Origin: Desulfosudaceae bacterium
Lineage (GTDB): Bacteria; Desulfobacterota; Desulfobacteria; Desulfobacterales; Desulfosudaceae
Length of the DNA stretch: 64,000 nucleotides
Assembly (NCBI GenBank): GCA_963674745.2
Contig: CAXXDV010000003.1
Location: 1,696,001-1,760,000, forward strand
Direction: 5' to 3'
Positions 19,392 to 29,746 of the stretch are shown piece by piece. Below the pieces are notes generated by a model. That model saw nothing but the letters and a program-made list of their open reading frames with translations, ran no database searches and was not told the origin of the DNA. A program made the position numbers and the translations under genes. Each line of letters begins with the position of its first letter. Position 1 is the stretch's first letter.

Positions 19392-22300
19392 ATGAAAGAA
19401 ATTATCGTCAAAAAATCAGGTCCAATCGTTGTCTGGTTGTTTTTTCTTTCCGGCGCAGCCGGGTTGATGTACGAAATCATCTGGACGCGCATGCTGACGA
19501 TGTATGTCGGCGGCAGCGCTTTTTCGGTCAGCATTGTGTTGACGGTGTTCATGGCCGGCCTGGCGCTCGGCAGTGCGATTGCCGGTAAATTTGCCGATCG
19601 CCTCGACGGGCCGGAAAGGTTGCTGCTTTTTTACGGGGGTATGGAAGTGGCCGTGGGGTTATACGGCCTGCTCTTTCCCATCCTGATCTCCGCCGGCAAA
19701 CCGTTGTATGCCCTGGTTTATCACCGTCTTCTGGACAACTTTCTCGAATACAATATGGCCAGCGCGCTCATATCGGCGCTACTGCTTATCGTGCCCACAA
19801 CACTGATGGGGGCGACCCTGCCGCTGCTGTGCCGTTTCATCATTAATGACCTGTCCCGTACCGGCAGGCATACGGGACAGTTATACGGGATGAATACGCT
19901 GGGCGCGGCCATGGGCGCCTGCCTGTGTGGCTTCTGGCTGATAGGACGATGGGGAATCATCGCAGCCCTGCTGACGGCCGTCACCGTTAATGTCGTCATC
20001 GGCTTTTTCTGTATCCTGTACCTCGTTCCGGCAATCAAAGAAGGCCGGAGAGTTTTAACACCGGATAAAACCATTCCGCCACAGGCAGCCTCCGTAAAAG
20101 GAACACCGCCCCGCCGGTTTTTGATCAATGCCCTGCCCCTCTATGCCATTCTGGCGGTATCCGCTTTCTGCGCCATGTCATACGAGGTCATCTGGACAAA
20201 GCTGATTGCACTGCTCGTGGGACCGACCACCTATTCATTTACCATTGTACTTTTCACCTTCATCACCGGGCTGGCGATGGGCAGTGCTCTTTTCGGCCGT
20301 CTGGCTGACCGCAGCCGGAATCCTTTCGGTCTGCTGGTGGTCACCCAGCTGGCAGGAGCCGCTTTTGTTCTGGCCGCCAGTCATTTTCTGGGTAATTCCC
20401 AGATATTTTTCGCTAAAGTGATTTATCAACTGAGGCATAACTTCATCCTGCTGGAAGCCGTCAAAACCGGCCTGTTGTTCGCCGTCATGGTTGTACCAAC
20501 GATCTTCCTCGGCGCGGTGATCCCGGCAGCCGTCCGGATCCGCGTCCGGAGCATTGCGTTGATCGGGGCTTCGGTCGGCAGCCTTTACGCCATCAGTACG
20601 GTCGGAGCGTTCCTTGGCGCTTTCTGTGCCGGGTTCATACTGGTCCCCCTGTTCGGCAAAGCCGCGGGAATTTCCACCCTGGTCGCGATCCAGGTCGTTA
20701 CCGTGCTGATGTGTTCATTACCCGCCGGAAGACATCGTCCGCAACGCAGGGTCCTGACAGTGGGTGTGGCAGCCGTTATTTTCACCGCTAGTCTTTTTTT
20801 GCCCGGGTGGGACGGTCTTACCCTGTCCCGCGGAAAATACCTGCGTCCGGATCTCTATGGCACGACGCTGGAAAACATGTCGTTTCTTGAAAGTATCTTT
20901 CAGGGCCCAAAACGCCTGTCACACCTGTCCACGGACAAGGATATTATCTGGATCGACGACGGCATCGGTGGATTGGTTGCGGTGGGCAAAACCATCAACA
21001 GCCTGGGGACACCGGTCATGTTCCTCTCGGTGGACGGCAAGATCGTCACTTCGACGTTGTGGGACCTTAACATGATGGTTACCGCAGGGCATCTGCCCCT
21101 GATGCTTCACCAGAACGCAAAAAAGGCACTGGTTGTCGGCCTGGGCAGCGGCTTAACGGCCGGTGAAATGCTGCACTATCCCCTGGAACGGCTCGATATC
21201 GTGGAGATCAGCCCCGAAGTCGTCAAAGCATGCCATCTTTTCGCACCTTTCCACAACAACCTTCTGATCGACCCCAGAACACACATCATCGTGCAGGACG
21301 CCAGAACGCATATAGCGCTCACGGATCAAAAATACGATGTCATTGTGGCCGACCCCATTAATCCCTGGATGGCCGGTTCAGCCAACCTCTTCACCCTGGA
21401 TCACTTCCGGCGTGTAAAAGAACGGCTGAATCCGGGCGGCATATTTGTTCAATGGTTTCATGCCTATCAGTCGGACTGGAATGTGTTCTCCATGTTCGGA
21501 CGCACCTTCCGGCAGGCTTTTCCGAACAGCCTCCTGGTAAACACGGCTGTTCTCGGCCAGGACTATCTGTTCGTGGGATTCAAAGACGATCATGGCCCCA
21601 TGCTTGACAGCAAGTTGATGGAGGCCAATCTTCCCTATGCTCAAAAATCCGCTCACATGCGCATATCAAGCCCATCCGTCATTTACCCGTTGATCGTGAC
21701 CGATATTCCCGCCTCACTTTTTACTGACGGCCGCCTGCACACCGACAATCACCCGTATATGGAATATCTCGCACCCCGACACGCCTATACGGGCGGATCC
21801 GATTTCAGAAAGGACGTCCTTGAAAAAAGGCAACGTTCACCACTCCTGCAGTCTCGCCTGTCACAATTCAGTAATATCAACCATCAAATCGCATTTGCCG
21901 ATTTTATGGCCTCGTTGAATATCGCCCCCTTCGGCCTTGTCCGGCTTGATGAGGCAGACCCCTCTCAGACGAATCGGTACCGGCAGATAGTGGAAAGCTA
22001 CTGCCGGGTCAACTTGATCGAGGACTACAGCCGATTAGGGCCACTTGACCGGGACATCTGCCTTCCCGTCCAGAAGCAGTGTATTCTGGCCCGCATCGAT
22101 CAACTGACCGGAAAAGATGGTCAGAATTGGCTGCTCGGCGCCGCATATTTTGACCTGGCCGGTATATATGCGGCCGGGCAGGACTTCCCGTCTGCGATCT
22201 CATATTATCGACAGGGCCTTACGCTTTTACCCGATCATCAAATGGCCCTGTCGAATTTAGCCGCATGTTACGAACAGCTGCAGGCATATGACAAAGCTAT

Positions 22301-22694
22301 TGATATCCTCCACCGCCTGGCTTCCATACAACCCGGTTCAGCTAAACTAATGACCCGACTGGCCGCAAATCATTTAAAACGCGGCAATCAGGTTGACGCT
22401 TTAAGGTACATCGAAGAAGCCCTGCGCTATAACAAGCGTTATGTTCCTGCTCTTGTAACGGCGGGCATGATCTACGGAACCAAAGGCGATTTCACACGGG
22501 CCGTCTCATACTCCCAGAAGGCACTGGTTATTGACCCGGAATCGGTCAACGCCTATCAAAACATTGCCGTGGCGCTGTCCCGGCTCGGCAGAACAGAAGA
22601 AGCGCTGGCATACATCAAGCGCGGGCTTGAGGTTGCGCCGACCAACAGGGACCTGATGGCACTCCGTGATACGCTTTTATCTTTGAATTTTTAA
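19392..22694 (+). CDS. Fused membrane (MFS-like) / spermidine-synthase-like protein with C-terminal TPRs
   Basis: FFLSGAAGLMYEIIWTR repeats, VGLGSGLT, DIVEISPEV, DAR, YDVIVADP.NPW, TPR helices. Confidence 0.88.
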   Translation: MKEIIVKKSGPIVVWLFFLSGAAGLMYEIIWTRMLTMYVGGSAFSVSIVLTVFMAGLALGSAIAGKFADRLDGPERLLLFYGGMEVAVGLYGLLFPILISAGKPLYALVYHRLLDNFLEYNMASALISALLLIVPTTLMGATLPLLCRFIINDLSRTGRHTGQLYGMNTLGAAMGACLCGFWLIGRWGIIAALLTAVTVNVVIGFFCILYLVPAIKEGRRVLTPDKTIPPQAASVKGTPPRRFLINALPLYAILAVSAFCAMSYEVIWTKLIALLVGPTTYSFTIVLFTFITGLAMGSALFGRLADRSRNPFGLLVVTQLAGAAFVLAASHFLGNSQIFFAKVIYQLRHNFILLEAVKTGLLFAVMVVPTIFLGAVIPAAVRIRVRSIALIGASVGSLYAISTVGAFLGAFCAGFILVPLFGKAAGISTLVAIQVVTVLMCSLPAGRHRPQRRVLTVGVAAVIFTASLFLPGWDGLTLSRGKYLRPDLYGTTLENMSFLESIFQGPKRLSHLSTDKDIIWIDDGIGGLVAVGKTINSLGTPVMFLSVDGKIVTSTLWDLNMMVTAGHLPLMLHQNAKKALVVGLGSGLTAGEMLHYPLERLDIVEISPEVVKACHLFAPFHNNLLIDPRTHIIVQDARTHIALTDQKYDVIVADPINPWMAGSANLFTLDHFRRVKERLNPGGIFVQWFHAYQSDWNVFSMFGRTFRQAFPNSLLVNTAVLGQDYLFVGFKDDHGPMLDSKLMEANLPYAQKSAHMRISSPSVIYPLIVTDIPASLFTDGRLHTDNHPYMEYLAPRHAYTGGSDFRKDVLEKRQRSPLLQSRLSQFSNINHQIAFADFMASLNIAPFGLVRLDEADPSQTNRYRQIVESYCRVNLIEDYSRLGPLDRDICLPVQKQCILARIDQLTGKDGQNWLLGAAYFDLAGIYAAGQDFPSAISYYRQGLTLLPDHQMALSNLAACYEQLQAYDKAIDILHRLASIQPGSAKLMTRLAANHLKRGNQVDALRYIEEALRYNKRYVPALVTAGMIYGTKGDFTRAVSYSQKALVIDPESVNAYQNIAVALSRLGRTEEALAYIKRGLEVAPTNRDLMALRDTLLSLNF

Positions 22695-22785
22695 TCATTA
22701 TTGTCCAAAAACCCGCTTTCCTGTGGTATTTTACCTGTGTGCTCATGACCAACTTTCTTTTTGCTGTTTTCGGAAGTCCTTTACA

Positions 22786-23151
22786 ATGAACATTTATACA
22801 AGTAATTTCAGAAACCTGAAAAACATTCCCGGGGACATGACAGCAATCAGCGTGGCCCGATTTCCGCCCAAATGGTATCAGGGTCATGAATTGAAATCAC
22901 TGGCCCCATCCCCAAAGCTGCTGGGAAAAGCCAAAAGCGGCAAGATCAATAATGATGACTATACAAAAGAATATCTGTCGGCCCTGGAAGCCGCTTTTTC
23001 ACCGGAATCCCTATATGAAATACTGACACGCTTTGCCGGCGATGGAGATATTGTCTTGCTCTGCTTTGAAAAACCGGGTGATTTCTGTCACCGTCGACTC
23101 GTCGCCCGATGGCTGGAACGACATCTGAATATCAGGGTTGACGAATTTTAA
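22786..23151 (+). CDS. DUF488-family protein
   Basis: IYTSNF, ISVAR.PP.WY, LAPS..LL, LLCFEKPGDFCHRRLVA.WL; start placed at ATG 22786. Confidence 0.75.
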   Translation: MNIYTSNFRNLKNIPGDMTAISVARFPPKWYQGHELKSLAPSPKLLGKAKSGKINNDDYTKEYLSALEAAFSPESLYEILTRFAGDGDIVLLCFEKPGDFCHRRLVARWLERHLNIRVDEF

Positions 23152-23263
23152 TAGAACCTGATGCCATATATATTCTGGCAACAATTCCAAAATGATGGTA
23201 AAAGAATTATGGTTATGACAAAGATTATCGGTGGGGACTTAAATTAAAGATGGGAGGATTATC

Positions 23264-24502
23264 ATGATTTGGGCAATCAAAAAGGCTTATTACCGGATTT
23301 TTCAATTCTGTATGGGGATGGGAATGTATTTTCTCCCCTGGTTTGAACCGGAGGTTATCGAAGGCGCGGATAGCATCAAGAAGCTGCCTGATGTGATTAA
23401 AGAAAAAAAATTTACACGGGTTCTCATCGTCACGGATGCTGTTCTCATGGGCCTGAACATGCTCGATACACTTTTTGAGGCGTTAAAGTCAGCCGGCATA
23501 CAGTACTTTGTTTATGACCAGGTTCAGCCCAACCCCACCATTGACAACATTGAAGCCGCCCTTGATATGTATAAGGCAAATAACTGCCAGGCCATTATCG
23601 CTTTTGGCGGCGGTTCGCCAATGGATTGCGCCAAAATCACAGCGGCCAGAGTGGCCCGTCCGGGCCGACCGATTCCTAAAATGAGGGGCTTGTTCAAGGT
23701 AATCCTTCCCGCTTTTAAAATGGGTTCATTACTGCCGCCATCCCTTTTCGCTGTTCCCACAACGGCCGGCACCGGTTCCGAGACAACCATCGCGGCAGTT
23801 GTGTCAGACCCCCAGACCCATGAAAAATACCCGATTACGGATCCCACCCTCCGTCCCAAATACGCGGTCTTGGATCCCATGCTGACGGTCGGCCTGCCGC
23901 CGCACATCACGTCCACAACGGGCATGGACGCCATGACACATGCTGTTGAATCGTACATCGGGAAATTCTATAACAGTAAAGTCACACGCCAGAAAGCCGT
24001 CATGGCCGCGAAAATCATTTTCAACAATCTTGAAAAAGCGTTTAAAAACGGCCAGGATATTGAAGCCCGCGGACAGATGCTGCTGGCCGCGTATTATGGG
24101 GGATTTTCCTTTACCCGCGGCGGCGTCGGCAACATTCACTGCATCGGCCATAATCTCGGGGGTATGTATAATGTTCCCCATGGCCTGGCCATGCCGGTCA
24201 TCATGCCTTATGTGCTTGAATGGTATGGAGAGGCAGCCCATAAACCACTGGCGGAACTGGCCGACGCAGTTGGTGTTTCAAGTCCCGGTATGGACCGGGC
24301 TCAAAAAGCAAAGGCCTTTATAGAAGCCATTAAAGATCTGAACAAACGGCTGGAGCTGCCCGATAAATTTGACTGCATTGAGGACAAGGACATTCCGCTG
24401 ATTGCCGAGCGCGCCTTGATGGAGTGCAACCCGACCTACCCTGTTCCAAAGGTGATGACCAAAGCGGATTGCATGGCCGTCATCAAACAACTCAAGGCCT
24501 GA
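23264..24502 (+). CDS. Iron-containing alcohol dehydrogenase
   Basis: GGGSPMDCAK, VPTTAGTGSE, GMDAMTHAVES, H..GH...HG metal ligands; GGAGG RBS. Confidence 0.93.
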   Translation: MIWAIKKAYYRIFQFCMGMGMYFLPWFEPEVIEGADSIKKLPDVIKEKKFTRVLIVTDAVLMGLNMLDTLFEALKSAGIQYFVYDQVQPNPTIDNIEAALDMYKANNCQAIIAFGGGSPMDCAKITAARVARPGRPIPKMRGLFKVILPAFKMGSLLPPSLFAVPTTAGTGSETTIAAVVSDPQTHEKYPITDPTLRPKYAVLDPMLTVGLPPHITSTTGMDAMTHAVESYIGKFYNSKVTRQKAVMAAKIIFNNLEKAFKNGQDIEARGQMLLAAYYGGFSFTRGGVGNIHCIGHNLGGMYNVPHGLAMPVIMPYVLEWYGEAAHKPLAELADAVGVSSPGMDRAQKAKAFIEAIKDLNKRLELPDKFDCIEDKDIPLIAERALMECNPTYPVPKVMTKADCMAVIKQLKA

Positions 24503-24554
24503 CGACCACCAGAACCGAAAAGAAAACACTGCTTTTCACAGGTGGACGCCCGTT

Positions 24555-25976
24555 ATGAAAAATCGATCATCGGCTGAGCAGACCGGAAGATCAGCTCAGC
24601 CGATATCTCCTTCCCGGAAGCTCATGAGCATCCCCAACGTACGGATGTTCATCGCTTTTCGTATTTTTTTCAATGCCCGTTTCTACTATCCCGTATTCAC
24701 GATTCTGTTTCTTGACTTTGGCTTGACCCTCGAACAATTTGCCGTGCTGAACGCCGTCTGGGCGGCCACAATTGTTCTGCTGGAAGTCCCTTCCGGCGCT
24801 TTGGCAGACAGCCTGGGGCGTCGGAACCTGCTGGTCCTGACCGGACTGTTGATGATCGTGGAAATGGCCGTGCTCAGCTTCGTCCCCCTGGGGAACATGA
24901 CGATCATCTTCTATGCCTTTCTTGCGAACCGGATTCTAAGCGGGACGGCGGAAGCGGCGGCCAGCGGCGCTGATGAAGCCCTTGCATACGACGCCCTGGT
25001 CGAAGCCGGTCTTGAAAGAGACTGGCCGCGCGTACTTGAAATGCAGATGCGTTATCAGTCCATGGGCTATATCGTCGCCATGGCCATCGGTGCGGCTGTA
25101 TACGACCCCGCCCTCGTGCAGCAAGCGGCCGACCTGATCGGCCTGAAGGTTGTTTTCACTCAGCAGATGACAATCCGGTTCCCGCTGTATCTCTGCCTGC
25201 TCATGGCTTGCTTTACTTTTTTAACGGCATACCGCATGAGTGAATCCGGCCGCAGGCAAGATGACTGCTCCCCTCTGGAAATATGCGGCCGTTCCTTCAA
25301 ATCGGCCATGCGCCTGACAATCCAGGCCGGCCGCTGGATACTGCAGACCCCGTTCGCGCTGGTTCTGATAATGGCCGGTCTGATGATCGACAATGTCGTG
25401 CGGATGATCACCACTCTTTCCAGCCAGTATTATCGTTTGATTCACCTTCCTGAAGCGACTTATGGTCTTATCGGTTCGGCCATGGCTTTGATGGGTCTGT
25501 TCATCCCCCGGATCGGTGTCTGGTTTTTGGGTCACGTCACTCCGGCCATGAACTTCCTGATCCTGGCAGGGTTAACCGTCATGGCCCTGTTCGCCATGAC
25601 CCGGTTCGTCCCCTATGCAGGCCTGATTCCGGTTGTCGTTCTGTTCGGCATCATGATGCTGTTAAACCTTTTTCTCAGCCACTATCTGAACCGCATCACG
25701 GATTCCCGCCAGCGCGCCACGGTTCTCAGCTTCAAAGGGCTGTCATTTAATATGGCTTACGGTATTGCCGGCCTGCTCTATTCCTCTGCTGTGGCCTTGG
25801 AGCGGTACCGGCTTCAGGGGTCTTTATCCGTAATATCTTCAAATTCAGTGGATAAGACCGTTTTTATCACGTCCATAGGATGGTTCCCATGGTATTTCAT
25901 CATACTTATCTTCTGCTTTATCTGTTTTGCCGCAAAAATCCTCAGCGGCCGACGCGATCATCTTGAAACCGGATAA
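24555..25976 (+). CDS. MFS transporter
   Basis: EVPSGALADSLGRR motif A, SGADEALAYD, RATVLS; about 12 TMs. Confidence 0.88.
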   Translation: MKNRSSAEQTGRSAQPISPSRKLMSIPNVRMFIAFRIFFNARFYYPVFTILFLDFGLTLEQFAVLNAVWAATIVLLEVPSGALADSLGRRNLLVLTGLLMIVEMAVLSFVPLGNMTIIFYAFLANRILSGTAEAAASGADEALAYDALVEAGLERDWPRVLEMQMRYQSMGYIVAMAIGAAVYDPALVQQAADLIGLKVVFTQQMTIRFPLYLCLLMACFTFLTAYRMSESGRRQDDCSPLEICGRSFKSAMRLTIQAGRWILQTPFALVLIMAGLMIDNVVRMITTLSSQYYRLIHLPEATYGLIGSAMALMGLFIPRIGVWFLGHVTPAMNFLILAGLTVMALFAMTRFVPYAGLIPVVVLFGIMMLLNLFLSHYLNRITDSRQRATVLSFKGLSFNMAYGIAGLLYSSAVALERYRLQGSLSVISSNSVDKTVFITSIGWFPWYFIILIFCFICFAAKILSGRRDHLETG

Positions 25977-26010
25977 TCTTCTTGAATTAATTTCGGAACA
26001 ATATGGTCGG

Positions 26011-27669
26011 TTATTGTGCTTTGTACTCTTCTTTGAGCACTTTTCTCAAAATCTTACCGACATTGGATTTCGGCAGTTCCGTCCTGAATTCAACCATTGT
26101 AGGCAGTTTGTATTTGGCGAGCCTGGCGGCGCAAAAATCGATGATCTCCTGTTCCGTGGCGCTTTCCCCTTCTTTTAACACGACAAAGGCTTTGATCTGC
26201 TCACCGCGTTTTTCATGGGGTACGCCGATACACGAGGCTTCCAGCACCTTGGGATGATGATACAACGCTTCATCGACTTCACGGGGATAGATGTTATATC
26301 CACCGGAAATGATCATGTCTTTTTTACGGTCGACAATATAAAAAAAGCCCTCTTCATCCATGGTGGCGATGTCTCCGGTATAAAGCCAGCCGTCTTTCAG
26401 GGCTTTGGCGGTTTCTTCGGGTCGCTTCCAGTACCCCTTCATCACCTGGGGACCTTTAATGATCATCTCTCCCGGTTCGCCCGGAGGCACTTGCGTCGTA
26501 CCCTCCTCAATATCAACCAGACGCACAGACGTACCGGGGTAAGGCACGCCGATACTGCCGATTTTCTGTTTTCTTTCAATAGGGTTTGAATGGGTAACCG
26601 GAGACGCTTCCGTAAGGCCGAAGCCTTCGTTAATAATGACCCCGGCTTTATCTTTATAAGCATTGATAACCTCAACCGGAAGCGGCGCGCTTCCGGACAT
26701 GAGGTTCTCGATAAAAGTCAAATCCAGGTCTTTGAAATCCGGATGGTTCAGCATGCCGATATACATGGTCGGGACCAGGCAGGCGGTTATTGGCCGGTAA
26801 TGTGTAATGGCCGGTATGAGGAATTCCGGCTGGGGTTTTCCGACCAGAACCGTTTTCCGCGCGTAATAGAAGCCCACGTTCATGACCGCTGTAAGACCGT
26901 ACACATGGAAAAAAGGAATCGCACCGATCTGGGTTCCGCCATCCCCCCTGGTCCGGTTGGGATACCAGGCATCGATCTGAAAAAGCTGGGCGGCCAGGTT
27001 CCTGTGAGTCAGCATGGCGCCTTTGGATACTCCCGTCGTACCGCCGGTATACTGAAGCTGACAGACGTCATCGAGTCCGACTTTTACCACGGGGGGAGCG
27101 GGGTTGTATTTTTCCATCAGGTCCTTCCAGAAATATACATCGGCCGCTTCCCTGGGAGGTGCCGTCAATATGGCGCTGGTATCAGCCCCTTGGGGAAGAT
27201 AGTCTTTGAGGCAGATACAGATGACCTGCTTAACACCGGTATCCGGCCTTACATCGAGTATGGCATTGCCGAAAAAATCAACCGTTATAACGATCTTTGC
27301 TTCCGAATCGTTAAACTGTTGCTCGAGTTCAGGCGGCGTGTATAGCGGGTTGTTCATGACCGTCTGCGCCCCGATTTTCATAATGGCGTAATATGATATA
27401 ACCAGATGCAGCACATTGGGGAGGTGAATGGCAACCTTGTCGCCTTTTTGAATGCCCATGTCAGCCAGGCACGTTGCCAGGCGGTAAGCCTGATCCTTTA
27501 TCTCGCCGAACGTCATTTCATATCCTAAAGACACAAAACCGACTTTATCCGGATACCGGTTACAGGTGTCCTCATAAATATCGAGAAGCGTTTCGTCCGT
27601 AAAAACGACATCCTCAGGAACGCCTTCGTCATACATTTTCAACCACGGTTTTTCATCATATATGCTCAT
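26011..27669 (-). CDS. Long-chain fatty-acid-CoA ligase (FadD-like)
   Basis: QYTGGTTGVSKG, GFGLTE, GWLYTGD, LPKSNVGKILR. Confidence 0.93.
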   Translation of the reverse strand: MSIYDEKPWLKMYDEGVPEDVVFTDETLLDIYEDTCNRYPDKVGFVSLGYEMTFGEIKDQAYRLATCLADMGIQKGDKVAIHLPNVLHLVISYYAIMKIGAQTVMNNPLYTPPELEQQFNDSEAKIVITVDFFGNAILDVRPDTGVKQVICICLKDYLPQGADTSAILTAPPREAADVYFWKDLMEKYNPAPPVVKVGLDDVCQLQYTGGTTGVSKGAMLTHRNLAAQLFQIDAWYPNRTRGDGGTQIGAIPFFHVYGLTAVMNVGFYYARKTVLVGKPQPEFLIPAITHYRPITACLVPTMYIGMLNHPDFKDLDLTFIENLMSGSAPLPVEVINAYKDKAGVIINEGFGLTEASPVTHSNPIERKQKIGSIGVPYPGTSVRLVDIEEGTTQVPPGEPGEMIIKGPQVMKGYWKRPEETAKALKDGWLYTGDIATMDEEGFFYIVDRKKDMIISGGYNIYPREVDEALYHHPKVLEASCIGVPHEKRGEQIKAFVVLKEGESATEQEIIDFCAARLAKYKLPTMVEFRTELPKSNVGKILRKVLKEEYKAQ

Positions 27670-27726
27670 GGGTCACACCTCTTATTTGAAGCTGATATTC
27701 ATTAATTTTCAATACACGCGTTATTG

Positions 27727-28260
27727 TTATTCAGCCTGGGGCGGCGCCATCACCTTGATAACGATTTTTTCGATACCGATAATTCCGGCGATAAATATGG
27801 CACCGCCAATAATGAGAATTGCTGCCAGCACGACCGGATTTTGTGCATCAGGTGTTTTCATATATGTTCCCGCAAAAAGGATGGCCATAAATGCGTAATT
27901 ATTAAAAAGCCACGGAATAATCTCTCCCAGCGCGACAATACAGTATACAAACAACAGCACGAAGGTTAAGAAGGCCGGAAATTGTGATAACCCCAGACGC
28001 ATGAGAAAAGGGATAAAATACCCGGCGGCAATGATTAAAAGGATCCCGAAGGCACCGCCGATCAAAATATTCAGCGCTTTTTTCATGTTTCTTTCCTCGA
28101 CGAAAAAGAAAATCATAACAAAAAAAGCCGGCCACGCAGGAAGGTTTACAGCGTGACAGATCACCTCCCCTATGCCGATCAGGATGATGAGCAGAAGGCC
28201 AAAGAACAGTCTGATTTTATTAAATTTTACCATGATTCGTCTCCTATTGAATATTGACAT
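27727..28260 (-). CDS. Small multi-pass membrane protein (DUF1097-like)
   Basis: About 5 hydrophobic segments, WPAFF motif; start may be 28233. Confidence 0.65.
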   Translation of the reverse strand: MSIFNRRRIMVKFNKIRLFFGLLLIILIGIGEVICHAVNLPAWPAFFVMIFFFVEERNMKKALNILIGGAFGILLIIAAGYFIPFLMRLGLSQFPAFLTFVLLFVYCIVALGEIIPWLFNNYAFMAILFAGTYMKTPDAQNPVVLAAILIIGGAIFIAGIIGIEKIVIKVMAPPQAE

Positions 28261-28460
28261 TAATACATCGGATTCAATCGTGACCTGTTAATCACGTTAT
28301 CTTTATCGCCGTTATGTTGTGTTTTACCAAACGATGCAGGGGTAATGAAGAAGTTTAAAAAGAAAGTCAAAAGCCAGTGTTAACACCAGTCCTGTGGGAT
28401 TAAACGGTTCGTCAGGATTATTAATAAACCTTTAATATAAATAAGAATTATATTATAATT

Positions 28461-28476
28461 TTGATTGCACAATCAA
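28461..28476. promoter_or_regulatory. Palindromic operator just after a TATAAT box
   Basis: TTGATTG-CA-CAATCAA following TATAAT (28454-28459), upstream of the radical SAM gene. Confidence 0.5.
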
Positions 28477-28486
28477 CAAAAAAGAG

Positions 28487-29746
28487 ATGAACCGACATTC
28501 AGGGGTGCTTATGAACGGTATGCAGCTTTATGGCCTGTCAAGAATATTAACCACGCTTAAGATGGGACGGCATGCCGGATTAAAGGGGTTGAGCCTGAAA
28601 CAGAAGCTGGCCCTGAATCACGTTTTCAGCCAGAGCAAGCTTACCCGTTTGAATGATCGCATTTATTCCAACACCTTTACGCCTTATTATCCTTCAGCTG
28701 CCTATGATCGATTCGTTGATGGCCTGCGTTCCATTATCCGGGGCAGGCCCTGGCCTGTCGTCACTAATTTTGCCGTAACCGCCCGCTGTCCCTGCAACTG
28801 CTGGCACTGTTCCTTTGCCGACCGTTCTCTGCGGGACAAGCTGACACTGGCAGATATGCGAAGCGCCATCGCCCGGGTCCAGGAACTGGGCACCAGCGTC
28901 ATCGGGCTGACCGGCGGTGAACCGCTGTTGCGGGACGATCTGACAGATATTATTGCGGCCATTGACGAGCGGTCCATGTCGCTTTTGTTCACCACCGGAT
29001 TTGAACTCACCCGCCAACGGGTAAAAGACTTCAAGGCCGCCGGCCTGGGGATACCGGTTATCAGCCTGGACCATTATGATCCCGACATTCACGACCGGGG
29101 AAGAAACCGTAAAGGCATGCACGCCACAGCGTTAAAGGCCATTGAACTGTTTCAAAAGGAAGGCTTTTACGTTGCCGTTTCCTTTGTTCCGGACCGAAAA
29201 CTGATGAACGAGCCGGACGAGGTTTACAGGGTTATCGAATTTTTTAAATCGTTGGGCATCAACGACATGCGCCTGACGTCGCCCATCCTGGCCGGCAAAC
29301 TGACCGCCCATCCCGAGCTGCTGTTGTCAAAAAAACATGTTAAGACCATTCTTGAAGTTCAACGGTTCTGTACCCGGACCCCCGGCTATCCCGGCGTGTT
29401 CGCCTACGATTTTTTTGAAAGTGAGCATTTTTACGGCTGCGGCGCCGGATACAACTATATGTTCATCGACTCGCTGGGCAATGTCTGTCCTTGTGATTTC
29501 ACCATGCTGTCGTTGGGAAATATGCGTGAACGGCCGCTTGCTGATATCTGGGAAGAAACCAGCCGGGCTTTTTCAAAACCCGGCTGCACTTGTTATGCCA
29601 ACCGTATCGCCGCCACGATCCATGAGAAACATCCCGACCGTTTCCCGTTAAACCGCCGGGATTCCCTGGACATTCTTCATACCTGTCCGCCGGATGACGA
29701 CGAAAAAAAACCATGGATGTACAAAAAACTGGAAAAACCAATATGA
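28487..29746 (+). CDS. Radical SAM protein with SPASM/twitch-like domain
   Basis: CPCNCWHC, LTGGEPLLR, GCGAG...IDSLGNVCPC. Confidence 0.9.
   Translation: MNRHSGVLMNGMQLYGLSRILTTLKMGRHAGLKGLSLKQKLALNHVFSQSKLTRLNDRIYSNTFTPYYPSAAYDRFVDGLRSIIRGRPWPVVTNFAVTARCPCNCWHCSFADRSLRDKLTLADMRSAIARVQELGTSVIGLTGGEPLLRDDLTDIIAAIDERSMSLLFTTGFELTRQRVKDFKAAGLGIPVISLDHYDPDIHDRGRNRKGMHATALKAIELFQKEGFYVAVSFVPDRKLMNEPDEVYRVIEFFKSLGINDMRLTSPILAGKLTAHPELLLSKKHVKTILEVQRFCTRTPGYPGVFAYDFFESEHFYGCGAGYNYMFIDSLGNVCPCDFTMLSLGNMRERPLADIWEETSRAFSKPGCTCYANRIAATIHEKHPDRFPLNRRDSLDILHTCPPDDDEKKPWMYKKLEKPI

Noticed and set aside
28279..28296. CGTGA-N8-TCACG as a CRP/Rex site
   Set aside because: Spacing is 8 rather than 6 and the arms are short; could be chance
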